Shown here: piece after piece, positions 54,048 to 61,746 of the stretch
Layout: each line of letters begins with the position of its first letter
Position numbering within the stretch: the first letter of the stretch is position 1
Notes under the pieces: model-generated
What the model was told of the DNA's origin: nothing
What the model saw: only the letters and a program-made list of their open reading frames with translations
Database searches by the model: none
Assembly: GCA_045655565.1 (NCBI GenBank)
Contig: JAZOPN010000041.1
Span: 1-63,936 of the forward strand
From: Eubacteriales bacterium
GTDB lineage: Bacteria > Bacillota > Clostridia > Oscillospirales > CAG-272
Reading direction: 5' to 3'
DNA length: 63,936 nucleotides
Translations under genes and position numbers: made by a program

Positions 54048-57000
54048 TTATCTGTCAATTCTTACGAAGCCATACTTATCTAGGGTAATGGTTTCTGTAT
54101 CACTAAGTTTAACAGTTACCTTATAAACATTGTAGTTTAGAAGGAACTCTACAATATCGCCATCCTTCTCATACGTAACGAGAACAACGCGATCATTATT
54201 GAGAGTATAGATGGTCTCATCATACTCCTCATCAAAGGCTGTGGAGTCGGTTACATACTCATACTTAGAGTTGTAATTTTCGACGCCAAGAACATTCACC
54301 TCAAAGCCTGCGGTGGATGTGGGATACTCAGTCTCAAACTCGGTCTTAATAGCCTCAAGCGAGGTCTTAAATCCGCTAGATACAAGGTCACTCTCTGTTA
54401 TATTAAGAAGCTTAGAAGCCTGAAGAAGAAGTTTGTCTACATCAACGGTAACCTTAACGCCTGCACCGAAGTAGTCGGGATTGTTAGCCTCAAGCATTTC
54501 TCTTAAGGTCTTGTTAACCCTATCAACTATCTCGGATCTAAGCATATCGATATACTCAGCCTTGAGCTTAGCATTGTTAGCCGCCCTCTCGTCCTCGTCA
54601 ACAAATCTCTCGGAAACAAGAGTCTTGTGATTGGTGATGAAGTAATCCTGCAGATCACCGATTGCGCTATTGATGATTTCATAATTGGTTACCACATCAT
54701 CATACCAGTTCTCGTAGTCAACACCGTAATAGTCGTTCAGCGCAGGATCCTCTTTCATAAAGTTGGTGTTCTCCTGATAGCAGAGGATGTAGTATAGCGA
54801 TGCACCGTTCTCAATAGAACGAAGAATGTTGTACTCGGGCGAACCTACATAGTTAATTGCAGAGCCCGCATAGTTAACATATCCGTGAAGCACGAGGCCT
54901 GTGAACGGAATGGTGTAAGACGAGTGGTTGAAATGGCTCGAATCAATTGCTATGTCGATGATGTGATCGGCATACTCAAGAGCATAGCTGTTACCAACGG
55001 TAGTCATTACATTGTACTTGCCCTCATTAGCAATTCTGTCAAGAACGCTCACAACATTGCCAAGAGACTCCTCGCGGCTAACGTGGTTATCGGGATCGAA
55101 GTTAGAGTTGATATCAGAACCAAGAGTAGAAACCGAAATGTTCGCTATATCATATGCGGAATAATTCTTGATGAAAGCACTGTATAGCCTATCAAGAGCA
55201 TCACCGGATACAACGAGTTTGTAAAGGCTCTCATAAGCACCAAGGATGGAGTTATAAGACTGCATAGAAGCGAAGCGGTTATCGATCATACGAGAGATAT
55301 CCGTATTCTCGTTAATGCCATCAAACCAAGCTTTATTGCTCATATAGAGGAAGTCAAACTCGGGATAAATTTGGAAGATGGAGTCACCGGTTGTCTTCTC
55401 TGTTGTAGCGGCAAGGAGCTTATTGAAGCCCTGCGCGCCACCGCAAGCACTCTCCCAAGCAACACGGGTAGGATATGTGAAGTACATACCACCATTTGCG
55501 AAGCCCGTAAGCTTGAAATGCACATTAGTGATGTTGTCAATCTTCGCTGCTAGCTTGTCATACTGAACCGCCTTATCCTCATACTTCTTACGAAGAACGG
55601 CATTCTGTGTCTCTGCAGCCGCCTGCTGTCTGCAAGCCTCAGCCTTAGCAGCAAGCTTTTCCGTAGCACCTGCAAGCTCATCATACATCTTAATTACATC
55701 ATCGAAGGTAGTAAGAGGCTTAGATACGGTTACCGGGAATGTTAGCACCTTCTCTACCACATTCATCGAGCCAAGCGCCTCAATGTAGAGAGGAAGATCC
55801 TCAGCCACATTCTCAAGGGGTGTAAGCGCACCTTGATCCTTAAGATAGTCACGATAGCAAGCCGCCATGCCTACATAAGAGGTATCATACGCCGCTGTAT
55901 CACCAGCTGCGCCGGAAAGCGCCGCATCGGTAAGCATCGTATATCTTGTTACATAGGAGCCTGTATATCTCGACTCGGCAACCATTGTATAGGTGCTAGA
56001 CACGATCGAGGGGTCATTGGATCCCGATGTACTGAACTGATCGTTAGGAACGGGTGTGTAATTGATGTAAGCCGACGCAAGTTTATTGGAATCGAACCTA
56101 GTCGATATTGTAGAGAGAGATGAACCCTCTTCCAGTATTGCGAAGAAACCGGTTGATAATACACTCTTGTTAAGGTTAGCAAGAGTGCGAGAGTTAGCAG
56201 GTGTCTCAGACACAAGTCCGAAGACAGGCATTGTAACTGCCTCGTTGTGATATCCGGATGCCTTAGAATAAGTGAAGTCGTTACCATAGACACGAAGATC
56301 AATAGAGACATTGTCCTTTCTCTCCTCGTTATAGAAGTCCTCATACTCAATTATCGAGCCGGAGCCATCGGGAATAAATACATATCCATCACCGGCAAGG
56401 TCTGCGGCACCGAAATACTTAAGTGTTGTTACAGAGGCAACTATATAGTTTACATCATCATAGGTAATCGAATTTGCCGGAACGCGAGTAACAAGAGAGC
56501 CGTCCTTAGCAAATGTGTACTCAATTGCGCATCTAAATACAGGCTTCTCCTCTACCCTCTCATCGTACATACACTCAGCCTCGTGCTCTGCAAGCAGGGA
56601 AGAATTGTAGGTGGTGTATTTAAGAAGAACCGACTGCACATCACGAAGCTTACCGGTCTGCGAAGCGTTATACTTACGCACATATACGGGAATACCCTGC
56701 TCGGTGAGGGGTGCGCGCTCGTACATTTCTTCGAGAGCCTTGCTACCTACTGTGGTGTTCGGATTATAATCTGCGGGGTTGTTAAGGTTGTAGGCACTGA
56801 ACACAGTGGATACTGCGCCTCTTGCCGCGTCTATAATCTTGTACTCCTCGCTTTTGGTGCTGTAATGCTCTTTATAGAGTGCCCTCATCTCAGACAGATA
56901 GGAGTCAAGTGCTCTACGATCGAGATAATCACCATCAAGTGTTTTGTTACCACCCCACTTATCCTGGGAGTAAACGCTGAAGTCACGATCGGGATAATAA

Positions 57001-57665
57001 TCGCCGATATACATCTCAAGCAACTGTACGAATGTGCTGAGAAGTGGCTCAAGCATATGTTCCTGGAAAGCAACAGCGGTGATCTGACCGGGCACCATAA
57101 ATCTTGTTGAAGTATCACCAAGTGTGTAGTTTACACGAAGACCGCCCGCGATCGGGGATACGGAAATCTGAGCATACTCACCCGCCCACTTTGTGCTGTA
57201 GTAGGTGACATCGGTTGTGGTGAAACCATCTCTTGGACGGTAAGCAAGCACAACCTGGCTCATAAGATCATAACGAGCCTCTTGGGACTTGTTAAGCTCT
57301 GCGGTGTTGTAGGGGTTACTAGTGAGTATCTGACCTGTAATATTATCAACATAATATACAAGGCCTGTGTATCTATTTACATAGATGGTATACTCATTCC
57401 CCTTAGAGTTTACGGAATCGAGGTAGCCGAGACTAAGCTCGTAATCGAGCATCTGACCTGCATTTGCAAAGTCGAACTCTGATCCATCCTCACCGTACCT
57501 GTAAGAATTCTGAACTATGGTCTTAATCTGATCCTTGGTATATACGGTAGAACCGCCAACCGAGGGAGAGTGTGCAGCCATAGCATCGGTGGGTATCAGC
57601 CCTACTATTGCTGTAAACAGCATCAGCACCACAAGCAGGGATGATAAGATTTTCTTTTTATTCAC
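54048..57665 (-). CDS. 1205-aa secreted protein of unknown function (DUF5696-like?)
   Basis: GTG start with AGGAGG 8 nt upstream. Signal peptide MNKKKILSSLLVVLMLFTAIVGLIPTDAMA|A. 'FIPDGSGSIIEYEDF' block and an internal coiled-coil 'KLAAKAEACRQQAAAETQNAVLRKKYEDKAVQYDKLAAKIDNI'. No catalytic motif recognised. Confidence 0.7.
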   Translation of the reverse strand: MNKKKILSSLLVVLMLFTAIVGLIPTDAMAAHSPSVGGSTVYTKDQIKTIVQNSYRYGEDGSEFDFANAGQMLDYELSLGYLDSVNSKGNEYTIYVNRYTGLVYYVDNITGQILTSNPYNTAELNKSQEARYDLMSQVVLAYRPRDGFTTTDVTYYSTKWAGEYAQISVSPIAGGLRVNYTLGDTSTRFMVPGQITAVAFQEHMLEPLLSTFVQLLEMYIGDYYPDRDFSVYSQDKWGGNKTLDGDYLDRRALDSYLSEMRALYKEHYSTKSEEYKIIDAARGAVSTVFSAYNLNNPADYNPNTTVGSKALEEMYERAPLTEQGIPVYVRKYNASQTGKLRDVQSVLLKYTTYNSSLLAEHEAECMYDERVEEKPVFRCAIEYTFAKDGSLVTRVPANSITYDDVNYIVASVTTLKYFGAADLAGDGYVFIPDGSGSIIEYEDFYNEERKDNVSIDLRVYGNDFTYSKASGYHNEAVTMPVFGLVSETPANSRTLANLNKSVLSTGFFAILEEGSSLSTISTRFDSNKLASAYINYTPVPNDQFSTSGSNDPSIVSSTYTMVAESRYTGSYVTRYTMLTDAALSGAAGDTAAYDTSYVGMAACYRDYLKDQGALTPLENVAEDLPLYIEALGSMNVVEKVLTFPVTVSKPLTTFDDVIKMYDELAGATEKLAAKAEACRQQAAAETQNAVLRKKYEDKAVQYDKLAAKIDNITNVHFKLTGFANGGMYFTYPTRVAWESACGGAQGFNKLLAATTEKTTGDSIFQIYPEFDFLYMSNKAWFDGINENTDISRMIDNRFASMQSYNSILGAYESLYKLVVSGDALDRLYSAFIKNYSAYDIANISVSTLGSDINSNFDPDNHVSREESLGNVVSVLDRIANEGKYNVMTTVGNSYALEYADHIIDIAIDSSHFNHSSYTIPFTGLVLHGYVNYAGSAINYVGSPEYNILRSIENGASLYYILCYQENTNFMKEDPALNDYYGVDYENWYDDVVTNYEIINSAIGDLQDYFITNHKTLVSERFVDEDERAANNAKLKAEYIDMLRSEIVDRVNKTLREMLEANNPDYFGAGVKVTVDVDKLLLQASKLLNITESDLVSSGFKTSLEAIKTEFETEYPTSTAGFEVNVLGVENYNSKYEYVTDSTAFDEEYDETIYTLNNDRVVLVTYEKDGDIVEFLLNYNVYKVTVKLSDTETITLDKYGFVRIDR

Positions 57666-57683
57666 TTTTATTACCTCCTGCTA

Positions 57684-59879
57684 TTACAATCTATTGCCTA
57701 TCTCGGCAATTATGGAAATGATGAACTGTGCCATCTTAACTACAAGGCTGGAGAACAGGATAGCTATGAACATAATAATTGCCATAGCAACGATTGTTCC
57801 AAGGACTGTTACTACATTCTTACCAAGTGAGTAATTATGTGTAACGAGTGTGCCAAAGAACAGAAGTATAGCAACCCATACAAATCCTATGGAGATGAGA
57901 AGCGTTACCATCGCGCCCTCGGTCGCCGTCATAATATTCGAAAGTATAGTAGAGATTACTACGAAAAGAGGCATAGGAGCGAGCGAGTAGGTGGTCGCTA
58001 CATAAACATCCTTGAAACTACCCTCACCATCAAACAGCGTTGTCAGACACCAGTTACCTACTACCCAAAGGACAACAGGTACAAGGATCGACAGGATTGT
58101 CATAAATATGGTGGAATAATTGTTTCTCGGGTTGAAGAGATAGCCCTGTGCTACGGAATTATAGAAGAACGAGAGAATGGTAATACCAAGGATGGTTGTA
58201 CCTGCTCTAACCGAGCCACGTTGCTCGTGCTTAAGATCCCAGAAGCCATCAAATGGGTGGAAGACAAGGTGGAAGGCATATAGAAGCTCCTCCCAATAGC
58301 TCTTTCTACCAACCTTAAGGGTGGTGATCTTATTAACCTTCTTAGCATAGCCAAGGAATTTAACGAGAAGAACAAGAAGTACGATAATACCCACAACAAT
58401 GAGGAGCATCCAGTTCGCAACTATCTCGTTTCTCATCTCTGCGTATGCCTTAGACGCATAGGTAGTCTCGTAAGACTTCTGGAGCATCGAATAAGCCTCG
58501 GCATACTTACCCTGATTATGAAGGGCCTTTCCTATACCGATATAAGCAAGGTCGAAATTGTTGTTCTTGGTAAGAACATCCTGCCAATAGTCGATAGATG
58601 CGTTATAGTTGTGGTCATTCTGGTTCTCAAGTGCAGCGATAATAGAGTCACAATAGGGTGTTGGCTCAAATACTGTAATCTTAAAGTCGCCTGCCGCATT
58701 ATCTAGGGTAACAAGTCGATATACACCGTCATAGTTCTGATAGGTTATCGCCTTGAATGAAGTACCGTTACCCAGCTGGCTACCTGTGCCGCCAAAGGCG
58801 AACAGGAGGTTACCGTCAGAGTCATAAGTGAATATTCTCTGGCGAGAGGAGCTGGAGTCAAGGATCGTCCACGAGCCCTCTGGACCAAGGGTGATATCAA
58901 TTATACTCGACAGCACGGGAGAAAGCTGTCCAAGATTGGTTACAACCTCTCCACCCGGATCGAAGAATCCGTTACGCTTAAGGATCTCCTTACCCGTAGA
59001 GTTATACTTCTTAACGGGCGAGTAGTCCGCAGTCTTAGAGGTGATTGAACTTAGCTGAGAGCTATACTCGATATCGTTCGTAGTGGCATATACAAAGCCA
59101 TCATCATCTACCGTAATATTATTATAGGTAGCGGAAACATTCTTGAAGCTGTTCTCGCGCTCCTCCTCAGACTTAAACTGATTGAGGACTGTGTCGATGA
59201 AGCTTACAGTAACCTTCTGTGTACCTATGAAGCCTGTGAACTCACCATCGCTTGAAAGAACAATTATACCCTGAGTAGCAGTCTCGGATACGATGAAGAT
59301 TCTACCGTACTTATCAACTGCAACCGCGCGAGGCTTATACTCTCCCGCCTCAAGAAGGGGGGTATCAGGACGTGCGATTGTTTTTACATGCTCAAGATCA
59401 TGGTTAAAAACAACTACTCTGTTGTTATCGGTATCACAGACATAGATGTAACTGCCCATATACTCGTCATCAACATTTGCTATATTGCGCTTGCTGACGA
59501 ATACGCCCTTAGGCGCGTTAAATGTATGGGTGTCACCCGTCTCGGCATCCTGCCAGCTCTCGATAACAGACTCGAACTGATAGGACTTATTAAGAATAAC
59601 AATTCTATTATTCTTTTTATCCGCTATATACAGTTTACCATCCTCATCAGCGAAGATGTCCTCTGCCTCGTTAAGCTTCTTGCCTGTATTCTTTACAAGA
59701 TCAATAGAAAGCGAATCAAAGGAGTCGAGGGCCTCATATGCTGTGGGGGACTTAAGCGGCTCACCGTCAATTGAGTAGGTGTAGGTGTCATACGCGTTAA
59801 ACGCAAGTACATTTACACTACCGAAGATAAGGACAAGAGTGAGGGCGAGAAGTAAAACTTTAACTAATGATTTCTTCAT
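57684..59879 (-). CDS. secreted NHL-repeat beta-propeller / TPR / Yip1-type membrane domain fusion protein
   Basis: Signal peptide MKKSLVKVLLLALTLVLIFGSVNVLA. NHL-like strands 'NNRIVILN', 'NNRVVVFN', 'YGRIFIVS', 'DGNLLFAFG'. TPR-like 'GKALHNQGKYAEAYSMLQKSY'. Then about six TM spans with a 'FHPFDGFWDLKHEQRG' Yip1-like entry motif. Confidence 0.7.
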   Translation of the reverse strand: MKKSLVKVLLLALTLVLIFGSVNVLAFNAYDTYTYSIDGEPLKSPTAYEALDSFDSLSIDLVKNTGKKLNEAEDIFADEDGKLYIADKKNNRIVILNKSYQFESVIESWQDAETGDTHTFNAPKGVFVSKRNIANVDDEYMGSYIYVCDTDNNRVVVFNHDLEHVKTIARPDTPLLEAGEYKPRAVAVDKYGRIFIVSETATQGIIVLSSDGEFTGFIGTQKVTVSFIDTVLNQFKSEEERENSFKNVSATYNNITVDDDGFVYATTNDIEYSSQLSSITSKTADYSPVKKYNSTGKEILKRNGFFDPGGEVVTNLGQLSPVLSSIIDITLGPEGSWTILDSSSSRQRIFTYDSDGNLLFAFGGTGSQLGNGTSFKAITYQNYDGVYRLVTLDNAAGDFKITVFEPTPYCDSIIAALENQNDHNYNASIDYWQDVLTKNNNFDLAYIGIGKALHNQGKYAEAYSMLQKSYETTYASKAYAEMRNEIVANWMLLIVVGIIVLLVLLVKFLGYAKKVNKITTLKVGRKSYWEELLYAFHLVFHPFDGFWDLKHEQRGSVRAGTTILGITILSFFYNSVAQGYLFNPRNNYSTIFMTILSILVPVVLWVVGNWCLTTLFDGEGSFKDVYVATTYSLAPMPLFVVISTILSNIMTATEGAMVTLLISIGFVWVAILLFFGTLVTHNYSLGKNVVTVLGTIVAMAIIMFIAILFSSLVVKMAQFIISIIAEIGNRL

Positions 59880-59889
59880 ACTGCCCTCC

Positions 59890-60765
59890 TTAATCCTTCA
59901 TACCCGAAGATCCCATGGTCTCAACGATCTTACTCTGGTTAAATACGAATACCATAATAGGTACCATCATCATAATAACCGTAGAAGCCGCGCCTGCACC
60001 CGAACGAGCGATACCGCCCGAGAGGATCTGCTGAATAGCATAGTTGAAGGTCTTGAGTTCCTCGGAATGAATATATACCGAGGCACCTGCGTTCCATAGA
60101 GACTTGAAGCACTCAACCATAAGTGTCAGCCACGCGGGCTTAACCATAGGCATCGCGATGATCAAGTATGTTCTAAACTCACTCGCACCGTCAAGACGCG
60201 CCGACTCAAGTACCGTATCGGGCACAGAGGACTCCATAAACTGCTTCATAAGGTAAAGTCCCATTGTAGAAGCAAGCGACGGAACGATAATCGAAAGATA
60301 TGTATCAATCCATCCGAAAGAGGATAGAATGATGAAGTGCGTAACCGCATTAACCGTAGAATGGAACATAAGTGACATAACTATGATCTGGAAGATAGCA
60401 TTTCTACCGGGGAATTTGAGCTTCGCAAGAGCGTAAGCGGCCATCGATGCAAAGATCAGGTTACCGATAGTACCGCAAATCGAGAGAAACACAGTATTGA
60501 ATATGTATCTCGAGAAGGGTACCCAAGAGTCACTCATAAGGATAAAGAGGTCGGCAAAGTTGTCAAGGGTGGGGGAAATAACATAGAATCTCGGGGGGAA
60601 CATAAACAGCTCATCCAGAGGCTTAAACGCCTGTATTACAACATAATACATAGGAACGAACATAAACAGACCGAGAATGGTAAGCATAATAGTGATACCT
60701 GTATCACCACCAGCGGAACGGTTAAGGACAACTCTGTGTCCACGAGTTCTTAACTTCTGTGCCAT
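59890..60765 (-). CDS. carbohydrate-type ABC transporter permease (MalG-like, pair 1)
   Basis: 291 aa, EAA loop 'LESARLDGASEFRTYLIIAMPMVKP'. Confidence 0.85.
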   Translation of the reverse strand: MAQKLRTRGHRVVLNRSAGGDTGITIMLTILGLFMFVPMYYVVIQAFKPLDELFMFPPRFYVISPTLDNFADLFILMSDSWVPFSRYIFNTVFLSICGTIGNLIFASMAAYALAKLKFPGRNAIFQIIVMSLMFHSTVNAVTHFIILSSFGWIDTYLSIIVPSLASTMGLYLMKQFMESSVPDTVLESARLDGASEFRTYLIIAMPMVKPAWLTLMVECFKSLWNAGASVYIHSEELKTFNYAIQQILSGGIARSGAGAASTVIMMMVPIMVFVFNQSKIVETMGSSGMKD

Positions 60766-60767
60766 GC

Positions 60768-61721
60768 TTACTCACCTACCTTCGACAGAGCCTTCTTAAT
60801 CACGATGTTCGAGGCGAACATTATGATGAAGAGGATTACAGCTATCGCAGACGCGTAGCCAATCTCATAACGTTGTCCACCGTAGTCGCCGAGGTGGTGC
60901 ATAATCGTGTGTGCCGCATAGTCAACCGAGGGGAAGCCACAGAGCGCATCAACGACAGAACCAAAACCAAACGAGTTGGTGATCGACAATACCGCACCGA
61001 ACATAAGCTGAGGACGCATCGTAGGAAGAGTGATGTACCACAGCTCCTGCCAACGGTTCTTGATACCATCAACCGCAGCAGCCTCGTACATAGAACGGTC
61101 TATGGTCTGAAGACCTGCGATGAAGGACAGGAACGCCGTACCGAGAGATGTCCAAAGTGCAACAATTATACACAGGGGCATAACATAGGATGCGTTCTGG
61201 AACCAAAGTATCGGTGAATTTATAAAACCGTATTTAATAAGAATTGCATTAGCCCAACCATAAGAGTCAGATGAGAAGAGTGTCTTCCAAACAAGAAATG
61301 CCTGACCGGAGATGGATGGAGCATAGAATACAAGCGTTACCACCGCACGAATCTTTGGCGGAAGCTCGTTAATGAACCAAGCAACAAGAAGTGCAAGGAT
61401 GTAGGATACAGGACCGGTAACTGCTGCAAATACAAGAGTGTTCTGGCACGCAAGAATAAATATCTCGTCGTTAAGGAACAATCTATTGTAGTTCGAGATG
61501 CCGACAAAGTGCGGCATCTGCAGCATATTGAAGTCGGTAAGGCTGAGAATTATCGAAAGAACAACCGGTAGGACTGTAAATATAATGAAGAGAAGAAGGA
61601 AGGGAGCCAGCATAAAGTATGCCGTCTTGTGGTTCTTCATTTCCTCCCAAGTCCAGCGGAGCTTCGACACCTCGCCGCGCTTAACCGGCTTTTTAATAGT
61701 TGTCGTAGTTGTTTCTGACAT
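60768..61721 (-). CDS. carbohydrate-type ABC transporter permease (MalF-like, pair 1)
   Basis: 317 aa, EAA loop 'YEAAAVDGIKNRWQELWYITLPTMRP'. AAGGAG ribosome-binding site. Confidence 0.85.
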   Translation of the reverse strand: MSETTTTTIKKPVKRGEVSKLRWTWEEMKNHKTAYFMLAPFLLLFIIFTVLPVVLSIILSLTDFNMLQMPHFVGISNYNRLFLNDEIFILACQNTLVFAAVTGPVSYILALLVAWFINELPPKIRAVVTLVFYAPSISGQAFLVWKTLFSSDSYGWANAILIKYGFINSPILWFQNASYVMPLCIIVALWTSLGTAFLSFIAGLQTIDRSMYEAAAVDGIKNRWQELWYITLPTMRPQLMFGAVLSITNSFGFGSVVDALCGFPSVDYAAHTIMHHLGDYGGQRYEIGYASAIAVILFIIMFASNIVIKKALSKVGE

Positions 61722-61746
61722 TGTTTTTCTCCTTTACGATCGAGCC

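Noticed and set aside
56247-57110. 287-aa plus-strand ORF
   Set aside because: It is antisense to the 1205-aa exoprotein gene, with low-complexity Ile/Cys/Val-rich translation.
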